From NCBI GenBank assembly GCA_025603075.1, contig MU626377.1, forward strand, positions 1-64,000: a DNA stretch of 64,000 nucleotides, written 5' to 3'. The notes beneath the pieces were generated by a model. That model saw nothing but the letters and a program-made list of their open reading frames with translations, made no database searches and was not told where the DNA came from. Each line of letters starts with the position of its first letter. The first letter of the stretch is position 1. The DNA comes from Neoconidiobolus thromboides FSU 785 (lineage: Eukaryota; Fungi; Entomophthoromycota). A program made the translations under genes and the position numbers. This document shows positions 25,353-37,750 of the stretch, in pieces.

Positions 25353-26581
25353 ATGGAAGAAGTGCCCTACGTTAAGTATATACAAGATGTGGTTTATCCT
25401 AAATTATCAATAATATCGGCTACCATGGCATGTATAGTGGTACTTGTAATGATTTTATTTAGTAATCAAACTATTAAGTTTTTAAGATATCAAATTAACA
25501 CAAGCTATAGCTATTTATGATAAAAGTTTAGTAGATAGAGTATCTTTACGTTTACAGACTGTGATTTCATGTTATGATATTTGGGTACATACCGCTCAGA
25601 TTTGGAAAAGGCAGTATCAAGATGGTCCTAGTGCTATGTGTACTTTTATAGGTTGGCAATATGTTTTCATTCCATTATTCTATGCCTTTTTAAACTTTTC
25701 GATTGGTGCTAATCTACAATTAATCTTTTTACATGGGGTTTATATTACTAAAAGGATAGAGACTCTATATTGGGTTATTCCAATAGTACTAGCTCTTATC
25801 ATTTCTATACCCCCTTTAGGTTGGGTATATTAGTTCTTTCAAATTCTATTTTACTTATTTTTTTTAGCATTAGGAAAATTGGGGTATAGTGAGTTTAATG
25901 GCTGTTATACTACTGGCGAAGATGAAAACTATGGAAAGATGTTTGATTTGTATAGTTATGAAGTACCAATGTTAATTTGTATGGGATACTTGATTATAGT
26001 TGTCATTTTAGTTATTAGGCATCTCAGTCAAGGTGCCAATATAATTAAAAAGCAGGGTAGTGTATATACTGATAATTCATCTTCAAAGGCAGTTAAAAGT
26101 TTAAGATTATTAGCATATAGAGTGTAACTATTGTTCAATTATTTAATATTTTAATTAAGCAATTATTTAGTATGTTGTATCCCACCGTTATGATCGTTAC
26201 TCATCTTGGTTTTGTTACTGCAAATACATACTACGATTTGAACACAGATCCATTAGATAATTTAGATGTATGGAATATGATATGTCGTGGATTGACTGGT
26301 ACCTTGAATCTCATAGCCTTTTTGTGTGATCCCACTATACAATCCGCCTTCATAAAAGTATATGATAGGGTTATAAATAATAAGTTATTTGATAGTGAGG
26401 ACACAAATAGATATGGTAAGTTTTTTATGAAAACTTATAAACTAAAACTAATTATTGTTACAGGATTTTCTAGAAGCATGGTAGAATCCGAATATCAATC
26501 GAATGGAAATATATTACCTGGCTCTTTAAATTCATCCGGTTCAAGCGAAGGAAATATTGGTGTTGTAATGCGTTCATTATA
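25353..26581 (+). CDS. cAMP-receptor/Git3-like 7TM GPCR, paralogue 1 (about 5 exons)
   Basis: MEEVPYVKY..., VDRVSLRL at TM2, Cys in TM3 (SAMCTF) and ECL2 (FNGCYT), TM7 GTLNLIAFLCDP; GT-AG introns link the listed ORFs. Confidence 0.75.
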
Positions 26582-26602
26582 ATGATAGTTTTAAATATAT
26601 CA

Positions 26603-26680
26603 GTTGAAGTAATAAAATTAAAAGTTGAAATAATAAAACTAAAAGTTGAAATAATAAAATTAAAGGTTGAAATAACAAAT
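26603..26680. repeat. 21-bp tandem repeat (about 3.7 copies) between convergent GPCR 3' ends
   Basis: Unit GTTGAAATAATAAAATTAAAA at 26603, 26624 and 26645, partial at 26666. Confidence 0.9.
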
Positions 26681-26715
26681 GCGCCCATTTTTAAGTACTT
26701 TCTAAGCATCTTTTA

Positions 26716-27909
26716 TTATAAACTTTTAACAAAATCTCTCATAGTTGGATCTTCATCAAAAAATCCATCTTCATTTTTATTACTTTTGAGGTCTCCTATT
26801 CCTCCTAACTCGAACCCATCGTTTGCTATTAAAATTGTTAGTTGAAATGAATCAAAACGAATAGAAATGATTACTTGATTTTCCTTGTTTTCTATGAGAT
26901 ACAAAGTCATTATATACTTTTTTCAATGCAAATTGGATACTAGGATCACATAAAAAGGCTATGAGATTCAAGGTACCAGTTAATCCACGGCATATCATAT
27001 TCCATACATCTAAATTATCTAATGGATCTGTGTTTAAATCATAATACATATTTGCAGTAACAAAACCAAGATGAGTAACGATCATAACGGTGGGATATAA
27101 TAAACTAAAGAAAGTTTGTTAATAAAGCTCGATTAAAATTAAAAAGCGAATACATCCTATAGCCTAAAAGCTTAATAACTTCAGTGTTTTGCCCACTCAT
27201 TGAATTTTGTTCATTTTTTAATACAGTAAAGCCACGTTTCAATTTCATTAAAACTAGAGTAACAGCAATGATAAGGTAAACCATAATTATAAGCATCGGA
27301 ATACAATAACTATATAAGTCAAACATCTTTCCATAGTTTTCATCTTCGCCAGTAGTATAACAGCGATTAAACTTACTATAACCTAATTTCCCTAATGCTA
27401 CAAAAATAAGTATAACATAAACTAAAAACGTGATATATCCAACCTAAAGGAGGTATCGAAATAATCAGACCTAATAATATAGGAATGATCCAATATAGAG
27501 CTTCAATTTTTTTAGTAATTTTAACGTTATGTAGAAAGATCAATTGCAAGTTAACACCAATTGATACGTTTAAAAAAGCATAAAACAAAGGAACGAAAAC
27601 ATATTGCCAACCTATAAAAGTACACATAGCACTAGGGCCATTTTCGTACTGTCTTTTCCAAATCTGAGCGGTATGTAACCAAATATCATAACATGAAATC
27701 ACGGTTTGTAAACGTAAAGATATTCTATCTACTAACTTTCGTTGGTAGATGGCTAGTTTTTGATGTTAGTTATAGAAGAGCATTGATAAATTCGACTTAC
27801 ATAAAATTATCATTATTAAAACAACGAGCGAGGCCATTGTTGCAGAAAAAGTGGATAGTGCAAGATAGACATCATTCTGAATGTAATCCAGGTAAGTTGT
27901 CTCTTCCAT
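26716..27909 (-). CDS. cAMP-receptor/Git3-like 7TM GPCR, paralogue 2 (about 5 exons)
   Basis: MEETTYLDY..., VDRISLRL and the same exon structure as paralogue 1; ends ...RDFVKSL*. Confidence 0.75.
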
Positions 27910-28217
27910 TTTTTATATTAAGTTTCAAACAAAAGAAAAGCCAATTTATGGTATCGAGTTTTTATAGCTCTTATATGACAATATAGTTTGCTATTCTGAT
28001 GTTCCATTTTCTATTTTAAGCACTATATTTGTTTTTCCACCATTATCTGTTTATTCTTTTCAATATTTTTCCTTTTACATGAATAAAAGCAATATGAAAT
28101 AATGGTTATATGGAAATGTTCCAGTTTATTTTATATGATTTTATCATAGTGCATTAAGTTTATTTTTCTTTTCTTTCTTTATAGAGCATGTATTCAAAAG
28201 CCCAATTCCCCAAATCT

Positions 28218-28324
28218 ATACAAGAATGTTTTTTAGTTTCATCACTTTTTCCATTTTTTAAGCACTATTTGAGTGTAAAGATTGTTAGTAAAATTATTAA
28301 ATAAGAAAAGTACATTTCCGTGTA
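28218..28324 (-). mobile_element. MITE family M copy (diverged ends)
   Basis: AATGTTTTTTAGTTTCATCACTTTTTCCATTTTTTAAGCACTATTTGAGT... internal match. Confidence 0.75.
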
Positions 28325-28821
28325 TTAAAATAATAGTCTATATAAAAGCGATTTTTTGTGAAAACGTATGATTTATTATTAGAGCCATTTAATATGATTA
28401 AATCTATCAAAAGCTTACCCTGTGATATCTATTACTACTAAAAAATTCTAAACATAAAGCTGAGTGCTTCCAACTTTGTTCTTACTGAATTTTATCATAT
28501 TAAACTTCTATTTTTGTATTAAGCAAATACAAAATTGAAAATACTTTATGTTTTAAAAAATTAACTCAATTGAAACCTAAGGTTCAATATTTTTCCGATT
28601 TTACTTTAGTGCAAAAAAGGCAAATTAAGCATAAATATTGATTTTTGGGTATTGGAATTTTCAAAAAATATTTAGTTTGGTTGGATCAGAATTTTAGATT
28701 AATTGTCATGAAGTGTAAGTTTTTTCATATAAATGAATTTATGCAAAATGCTATAAAAAATTATAAATTATGTTATTTAACATAATATAAAATATGAATA
28801 AAGCAACAATAGAAAATATAG

Positions 28822-28972
28822 AAACAATTTACATAAATCCTGGGTGTCAAACTTTTTATAATAGACATTATATTTAACTTGTTTATATATCAACTTTGAA
28901 ATTTATTTTAAACTACTACCAGTATTACATTTACTGGAAAACAACCAAATCATTTTACAATTATCACAATAC
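28822..28972 (+). repeat. ~155-bp dispersed repeat (family R4), copy 2
   Basis: Homologous to 20525-20683. Confidence 0.75.
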
Positions 28973-29523
28973 CACATAATCTTTTTGATTATTAGAGAAT
29001 GATTTTTGCTTATCCAGAACTAAATTAGATGAGTATAGCTCATTATAGTTTGATTTTGATTTGAAGCTATATGCGAGCAAGGCTCATCATAGTTTAATTC
29101 TGCCCAAAAAATTTGGCAAACACTGCCTGCCCATAGTATTCAAGTGGTCAAAAATATGCCCAATTTCTTTAAGGTTTAAGCTATCTAGAAAAAAGTAATG
29201 AATAAAAAGTACACCATTTATTTGTTTCTGATATTTTGCTTAACCTTATGCTTTGCAAGTTTAAACCAAAATCAAAACTAGAAAAAACTATTTTGAATTA
29301 ATTTGACTTTTAAACCTATCCAATATTAAATCAACTATCATATAAAATTGCCTTTGCTTTAGTAATTCACTGAATTTTTAAAATTCATGTTAAGCAAAAA
29401 ATGTACAAAGATTATCCCAAAACCGTATCTCTATATAAATTGTGCTTAATTACCCTTCTCGTTATTTTTATACTCAGAGTTTTAATTTAAGTTCAATAGT
29501 TATATTAAATACTAAGCCCTTGC

Positions 29524-29610
29524 ATATGGGCATATCTTTTTTAGAAATTCTACTGATAACTTTTCTATTCAATAACGCTTAAAAATGGAAAACAAATGAA
29601 AACGAAAAGA
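29524..29610 (+). mobile_element. MITE family M copy (degenerate)
   Basis: ATATGGGCATATCTTTT...AATAACGCTTAAAAATGGAAAA; right end decayed. Confidence 0.55.
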
Positions 29611-29710
29611 GGAAAGTTGTTAGTTACAACATAGATTTTTTTCAAAAGTTAAATTCTTAATTGGAAAGATATACTGTTGCTGCTTTGGATTTGCTCAAAA
29701 AAAAAGAAAC

Positions 29711-29814
29711 ATATGGGGATGTTTTTTGACTTCATCACTTTTTCCATCTTTTAAGCACTATTTGAGCGGAAAAATAGTAGTAAAATTCTTAAATACAAAA
29801 GTACACCCCCATAT
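29711..29814 (-). mobile_element. MITE family M copy
   Basis: ATATGGGGATGTTTTTT...GTACACCCCCATAT. Confidence 0.88.
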
Positions 29815-30143
29815 CCAAGAACCTAATACAATCAAAAATTAATTTAGTTATTTAAAAATTAGGTTAATTGCTTGTAGAATAATGTTTTTAATGACATAAT
29901 ACTTGATATTTAACATGAGATATCATTTGTGTAAATTTCCATATAAATTTTATCCTTAATATAATGGTAAGGTTTACTTTTATACTTAGGATAATAAATC
30001 TTGGATGTTTATATTTTTATTTGTTAAAAGAATGATTGAGAAATAAAAACAAATAAAGAACTACATAGGTTATATCCTTGAAACTCATCCCCCATGTATT
30101 TTCAACCTATTATTAATAACCATAGGAAATAATCTATAATAAT

Positions 30144-31726
30144 TTATTCTGGAACTTCAACCCTAACCTTTGCTTCAAGGATTAACGACTTCCAATCTGA
30201 CCTTAAACAAATATATGCAAGGGATGATCCGGTTCCAAATAAGGCTATACAAATACCCATCCATATACCTTGTAATCCATAATCAAGATAGAATGCCATA
30301 AACATCCCAATCGGAATAGCAAAATAATACCAAGATACTATATTTATTATTGCTCCTATCTTTTGCTTTCCTTGACCCCTTAAAATACCACTCCCACAAT
30401 AAGCAATACTACCAAATACCTTAACAAAAATTAGAAATCATCTAATCATAACAAGTTAATATACTTACATGATATATGCATATCATCGGTATCAAAGTAA
30501 TTAATATGCTATTAAGCTTCTCTTCTTTGGCAAAAATCAAACTAATCTGCTTTCTAAATACACCCAAAATTGTTGAATTAAAGCACGATATAGCAATACC
30601 TAAGTAGAAAGAACATAGACTTGCTAATTTAGCACGATTTATCTGTCTAGCTCCTAGTAAGTTACCGATACGATTGCTTGTAGCAATGCCTACACCCAAT
30701 GGAAAAGCATAGACTATTGCGTCGATATTTAAAGCAATATAATGTGCAGCTAAGGGATTTGGACCTAAATAATTTGATTTAAAATATAAATTAAAGTATT
30801 GAGTAATCAGCTTTACCTAAATAACTTATAGTCAAAGATAATATACTCCATGCCCACCATTCTGAGCATAGCATTAATACACCAGATGCACCTAATTTTA
30901 AGTAGGGCTTCCAGTTAGTCAAGCATTCTTTTGACCATCCTCCCCAACATTCTTTTCCTTCAATGAAAAATATATACCCTAAAGTAAGCGAGAACATTAA
31001 CCAATTTCCTACCACTACTGTTAATGGTGCTCCGAGAAACCCAACTTTTGTGGCAGGATTCCACATCAACATATAATTAACAAACAATGTAATAGGAACA
31101 GCTATAATTAAAACCCAAGTTTGAGCCCTCATTATTTTCTGTGCTTGTAAATATTTTTTAAGACATTCAAAAAAAATATAAGGTGGAGAGCCTAAAATTA
31201 ATATTCGTAGAAATTGTGCGCTAAGTTCTATAAGTTCTGGATCTTGTCTTAAGAACATCAGTATAGGTTTAGCGTTCCACCATAATAGATAGATGGGTAT
31301 TGACATGATCATTTGAATAACTATCCCTCTTTGTAAATGTATACCAACTTGATGCTTACTATTTGCTCCAGTAAACGCTTGAGAGCATAAAGTATCTAAA
31401 GCAGTAGCCATTCCTAAACTAATCGAGTTCCCAGTTGTAGTAGCAATTACAGAACTAAGGGCTACTGCACTTACTTGAATTGGACCATACTGACTAACAC
31501 TATAAATATTTACAATAGGAATACTAAAATGGATTAGCATTGATAGCATAATCGGTATGGCTGAAGTGAGTAAATATATAAATTCGTTTTTTATAGCTTT
31601 TGTTTTAAAGGGGATTGTGATATCATTAGCTTCAGAATCTTCATGCTGAAGCAAATGTGTACTTTCCATAGCACCTTCTTCTGTATTCATGACATCTCTT
31701 TCAATCAACTTATCATTTCCTTCCAT
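30144..31726 (-). CDS. MATE family transporter, 3 exons (introns 30765-30816, 30420-30468)
   Basis: GMATALDTLCSQ, LKKYLQAQ, MLCSEWW, SNRIGNLLG, GILRGQGKQKIGA; ends ...VRVEVPE*. Confidence 0.92.
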
Positions 31727-33131
31727 TTCAATTAAAATTTAAAAATGATATTTAAAAATATATGCTTTCGTTGCTTTTATACTCTCAACGTTAAACATAA
31801 TAGAATAAATTTTCGAATTTTACCAAATATATTAAATTAAAAAAGCATAAAGTTTTATTGGATTACTACTTTTAGCATTAAGCTAAAAAAAAGGTAAAAA
31901 AATATAAAAATCAGTATGGGAAATCCCGAAATTACGAATAACTTGATTAAGTTTTATCGCCAAAAATCGCAAATTAAAAAAATAGAATTGGTTCCGTGAT
32001 AAAATATTATTTACTTTAGTATAACTTATCTCTATCTACTGAGTATAACTTCAATTTAAACATGGGTTGGGGATTTTCTACTTTGTATTTAATAGAAAAA
32101 TAGAGGCAATCCTGATAACTAAATTAAGAAAATGCAAAATTAAAATATCTAATTCATATTCAAATCAAAGCATTTGTATCTTTTTAAAAATAAATTGCCA
32201 AAAATAGAGTTTCTAAATTGCATAATTAAAATTACTAACTTTATTTAGCTAGCCTGATTTGGTCTTTAAACTATAAACTGTGGTATGTTATATAACTATT
32301 TACTTTATATAAATTTTAATATCTAAATATATTAATATTAATATTAATACCAGATATTGTTACTGGTGATGTTAAAACAATTGACCAACTTATAGATCCT
32401 AATTTTAAATAAATTTAAAAATTATATTATGTATAAAGTTAACTTTATAACTTATTAATTTATGATATTCAAACTATTATAAAAATAACTCAAATGATAA
32501 AAATTTACTTTACAACTATAACTTTGAACATGTATCTTTTTTTTAAATCTTGAAGGAGAGAAATTCATAAGTGGTTTATCCTTGGAGGTAAGTAGAAATA
32601 TAAGAGAAGTAAATAATAAGTAGAACGCGTGAAGGAAAGAGTAAAATGAGAGTAAAAGGGGGCTTATGCTATAGTTGAAGTATAGGTTTATTTATTTATT
32701 TTAAGTATAGTAACATAGTAGTAAATACTTTGAAATAGGATAAAACAAAATAGAATATGAAAGCAGTATTAAATATAGTGTGATACAAACTCTTAAAAAA
32801 TTTATTTATTTAAAGTTATTTTTTTATAATGTTTGAATAAAACGCTTAATACTGATAAAAATATTTTTATAACAACTTAGTTTTCATAAAAACTTAATGA
32901 AAAAAGTCATTTCCACATTTTGTATTATAATAATCTTTTACCAATAGCATTTTGTTTATCAAACTTTCAAAAAACTGATATATTATATTGTGGGTATCAA
33001 TCTTTTGTACGTATTATAATATTATTAATGATATAGAGTTAATCTATTTCAAATATCATTAAATTCCACAACAAGGTGCACCATACACTCTCACTGCCCT
33101 ATTCTCGGTTTTAAATAACATAAGGTTCAAG

Positions 33132-33234
33132 TTATGGGGATGTATTTTTGTGTTTAAGAATTTTATTAATAGTCTTTCCACTCAAATAACGCTTAAAATG
33201 GAAAAAGTAATGAAACCAAAAAATATTCCCATAT
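33132..33234 (+). mobile_element. MITE family M copy
   Basis: TTATGGGGATGTATTTTT...AATATTCCCATAT. Confidence 0.85.
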
Positions 33235-33471
33235 GATTACTAATAATAACCTTTTCCTTATTGCGAAAACTATAATAGTTAATCCAACCTTTAAAACTAT
33301 TGATTGCCGAAGCCTTTATTATGTCTAATTTACCTTAAAAACTACCAAACGGACTTGTATTAATAATCATATAGTAGCTTAGTCAAAATAAGAGAATATA
33401 TATGATACAAATATATATAAGCTCAAAAGAAATAAACATAGCGGATAAAAACTCAAATTATAACTATAAAA

Positions 33472-34401
33472 ATGTCAGAAGTTAAAATTCCTTTATATAC
33501 CGCTGGTAGGCCTATATTTTAACAGAAAAGTAGCAAGCCTTATATTTATACTGGGTACTCCAAACGGTCACAAAGTAAGTATTGCATTAGAACTGTTGAA
33601 TATCCCATATAAAGCATATAGCATCTCTTTTGCCAATAATGAACAAAAAGAAGACTAGTCTTTAAAGATTAGCCCAAATGGACATATCCCAGCTATTGTT
33701 GATCATACCAATAATGACTTTTCTGTATTTGAATCTGGCGCTATCTTATTATATCTTGCTGATAAATATGGCCCAGAATACAAACTATTACTAGAGGACA
33801 ATAAATCGAAATCAGAGGCTATCAAATGGGTAAGCTGATTATAGCTATTTTTGTGATTGGTTCCAATATTACTTTATAGTTGATGTGGCAAATGGATGGA
33901 CTTGGACCAATGATGGGACAATTTACTCACTTTTCACATTATGCATCAGAAAAAATTTAATATGGAGTCAGCCGTTACCAAAATGAGAACAAAAGATTGG
34001 TTTCGGTGAGTGGTTCTTTAAGATCGGTTTAGTTTTTGTACTGATTTTTTGTTTTTCAGGTACTTGAAACTCATTTACAAGGTAAAAGTTATCTAATTGG
34101 CAAAACGCTTACTGTTTCTGATATCTCTTCCTTCCCTTGGTAAGTTACTGATGATTCCACTATGTTTTTTAAAGTTAAGTTGATCTTTAGGGTACGTTAT
34201 ACACCTTGGGCCGGCGTTGAGTTATATAACTTCCTAAATATTAATTCATGGTTAGATAAATAGGAAGAAATTGATTATATTAAAAGAGGTTTAGATATAC
34301 CAGAAAAAAATACAATTAAAGAAATGTTGAAAGATTCTAAATTAGCTGAACAAAAAACAAAGGAAGCTTCTGCTTGGATTTTAAAGAATCAACAAAAATA
34401 A
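33472..34401 (+). pseudogene. Glutathione S-transferase pseudogene (paralogue of 15927-16681)
   Basis: [26 protein letters not shown] and GLGPMMGQ, with in-frame stops TAG 33656, TAA 33958 and TAG 34261; the first intron acceptor appears as GG instead of AG (about 33553). Confidence 0.85.
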
Positions 34402-35974
34402 AAACAAATTATTTTTAGTTGTACTAATATTATTCATTTTGTAATACCTCTTAATGCAGAAATAAACAAATTTGTTTAACGATATTAGTTTTAGTTAAAA
34501 GTATATATTTGGATTAAGATTATTGTTGAGACCTTTCTTATATTTTATAAAATTGATTATTTAGTAAACTCTTAGGTTGGGATATGATATTTATATAAAT
34601 TCTACTACCTCTGTCCCAAAACAAGTGTCCAATTCATACTAATCAATTTCAAGAAAGCTAAAATCCTTATTTTCTAAAAGGATTTATTACGAATTATCGT
34701 TAAGTAAAAACATGAAAGTCAAACACTACAAACCGCAAATGGACGTTGAATCCCCCTTTACTAACAATTTATGGCTTCTTTATGCTTCAATTTTCATCAA
34801 AAGCCTTCCCCTTGATTTCTATCCTTTGATTTTATCGCGACCCTATTTCCCGATCCTTCGGGTTTCTTTCATTCTCTTTTTGCTTCCTTGGTGGTATGAG
34901 TTATTTATAGAACCTTCTAGACATTTCATTTAAGTTAATAGACTCACCTCTGTTGCTCCAAGTTGTGTTTTTAAAATAGGAAGCCCTAGTTCATTGTAAA
35001 CGTAAGCATCTCCTAACAATTGCTATGCGTTATCAGAGCGGCCTGAAATATACTCTCGGTCTCATGTCCTCTTCTGGTGTTACTAAAAAATACACCTTTA
35101 TTGCTTTCTTTTAATTTCATTCATCTGTATTCTCATTAATTTTGATAGGAATGAATTCCGCTACCTTTAATTGTGATAGATATGTTTAAAAGAAAGCTAT
35201 ATGAAAGTAATAAATTGGTCTTTAAGAATTTATTTCATACTATATTTTATATCAAATACAAATAATTTTAAAAAGAACCCTATTGGCTAAACAGGATTTT
35301 AATAGTTAATAGTTTATATTTAATATATATATATTTAAATTATTTATAATCGATATATAATAATAATGTAAAATATAAAAGGAAAACCTTAGCAAAGAAT
35401 GCTTAATAATCTTGAACTATGAATAGTTTTTATTTGATATTATTATCCAATAATAGATGTACTTTTAGTGAATTTAAATAGTTTCTTATAAATAATTTTT
35501 AAATTATGACAAAATACCAAATTTGATCACTTTCTATTAGTCATTTTCTATATTATAATGAGAATTACTGTTAGGTACTAATTTAGCTTTTTATTTGTAC
35601 TCGTTCTCACAAAGCTTTAACATTATTTTGATTAATGTCCCTCACTTATATAATCAGCTTGAGTTAATACTATACTAATCAATAAGCATAAATTATATAG
35701 AGGTATTTAATAGTATTTCAACTATCGTCATTTTAATAAAACACTATGATGTTAGAATCAATTCAATTATTAGTAATAAGCCAAGTAAAATTTTACTCAG
35801 CTATCAACTTAATATTTGTTAAGTTGAACTTTTATAAATCAAAATTGTAATTGATATAAATAAGCTTACAATTTAAACTTTTTGTAGAAAATAATATTAT
35901 AATTGTAATTGTAATTGGTTTCAACTAACGTCAGTACTTCTAAATAATCAGATGAAGTTTCAACACTAAGTGAT

Positions 35975-36724
35975 ATGGATAGCAGTTTGACTAATAATAC
36001 AATAGAAAAAGCAAGAAAAAAGCGAATAGTGTTAAATATGCATGACAAAAAAGCAATTGTAAAGCTAGTAAATAAAGGCATGAGCCACAAAATGGTAGCT
36101 GAAAAATTTAACGTAGCGCGAAGTACCATTACAAAATTAGCTTTAAGAAAAGAAGAAATCTTAAACTATCCAATTTTAGATAATGATCCACGCAAATGCT
36201 TTAAAAAGGAGACTGATGATGAGGTGGGCAATCATCTATACAAATGGTGTACAGAAGGACGGGAATTAGATTTGAAAGAGGTCACTATGCTTGATCCATC
36301 GCTCTCTTTAGATTTCATTATCAATAAAGCAAAGGAAATTGCTGATGACTTAGATTTAACAAGCTTAATTATCAATACTTCTTGGGCTAGAAAATTTTTA
36401 AGAAGGTATAAATTAAAGCTTTATTATTTAGATGTTAATTCTAGTACCTTAGATCACAGCCAAAATCAATCAGAGTTAAACACATATCCTACTTACTACC
36501 AAAGCATGTCATTACCTGCTACTTGTCCCCTAAATTTAGAATTTCCATTACTTAATAATGACTTATTTTGTGGCAATGTTGAACATACCTCTCTGGTAAG
36601 TACTACCAACCTAAATGTTTCGGCAGCCTCTTTGGATCCTTTTAATCTAATTTTAGATACTAAAAATCATGATTTTAGTAATTTCATAAATAATCCTCAT
36701 CTTGATTTTCCCTATTTTAAATAA
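35975..36724 (+). CDS. CENP-B/pogo-type tandem HTH DNA-binding protein lacking a DDE domain
   Basis: RIVLNMHDKKAIVKLVNKG...VAEKFNVARSTI (psq/CENP-B N-terminal HTH), then HLYKW...IINKAKEIADDL...TSWARKFLRRY (Tc5-type HTH); the C-terminus is low-complexity. Confidence 0.75.
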   Translation: MDSSLTNNTIEKARKKRIVLNMHDKKAIVKLVNKGMSHKMVAEKFNVARSTITKLALRKEEILNYPILDNDPRKCFKKETDDEVGNHLYKWCTEGRELDLKEVTMLDPSLSLDFIINKAKEIADDLDLTSLIINTSWARKFLRRYKLKLYYLDVNSSTLDHSQNQSELNTYPTYYQSMSLPATCPLNLEFPLLNNDLFCGNVEHTSLVSTTNLNVSAASLDPFNLILDTKNHDFSNFINNPHLDFPYFK

Positions 36725-37750
36725 CTAAATAAAAGTCATATAAGTTTTTTAGTGGTTGTCATTTAATCATTGCTCTTTATATTAATTAGCTTATAAAACT
36801 AGACGTTTTTAATAAAATGAAACACTATTATCTTTATTAAAAATAAAGACATGCTTATGGTCCAAAACTACAAGAGCCTAGTTATGTACTAAATACTTTA
36901 TTACAACCATAAATGAAGTCTGAATCAAAATTTCCGGGTGTTGATTGAACTATATTTTAACTTTAATCATTTTTTTGTACTATTTTCTCTATTCTTATCA
37001 CATAATATTATAATATTGTAAAAAAATAGATAATTAATAATTAATCATTTAAATCTTACATAATCAAGTTCTTGGTTTTAATATTGTATTTTTTTTGATT
37101 AGCTTTTTAACTGTTGAACCTTAATTTGCTTAAATTATAAAATTAAATTTACCACTTATAAAAATAAGCTTTCCCAGCATAAAAGTTGCTTTAATCGAAG
37201 GCTTTCATGGCATTATTAACATCAGATATTTTGGTTTAAATAACTTTGAAGCTTTTCAAAGCTACCATATTATAGCTAAGAGCCGATGTAATCATGATGA
37301 TGGCAGTTTTTCTTTTACTTTTTTCTATATCGACGTAGTTCAAGCTACTATCAAGTTTAAGTTTCATTATAGTGTTAATGTATTGGGACTTTATAGTATT
37401 TTAATGTAGGTTTATGTAACTATGATAATAGTTTGTTACAAGGATTTGGATATTCATAGTACTATAACTTTAATTTAAAGCGATTTCTTTAATTGGATTA
37501 TTAATAAATACCAAATAAACTATTTCATTACTAACAATAATGAATTAAGTTTAAATTGTAATATACGCAATCTATTTTTAGTTAAACTGGGATTTAATAA
37601 CTTACTACAGATTGTTATTTATATCTAATTGAGATCACGTTAGTTTTTATTAATTTGAATTTTATTTGAAAGATTAATTAGAGTTATATGAAAGAAAGCG
37701 AGATAATAATAGAACGATAAAAAAGAAGAATTCACGTGTACAATTACGGC

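Noticed and set aside
26470-26845. ORFs with repeated IKLKVEI / FIISTFN
   Set aside because: Produced by the 21-bp tandem repeat and antisense overlap with the GPCR ends.
33472-34401. Alternative genetic code or stop readthrough explaining in-frame stops
   Set aside because: Intact genes end normally in TAA/TAG and have no internal stops. The relics also contain frameshifts and splice lesions.
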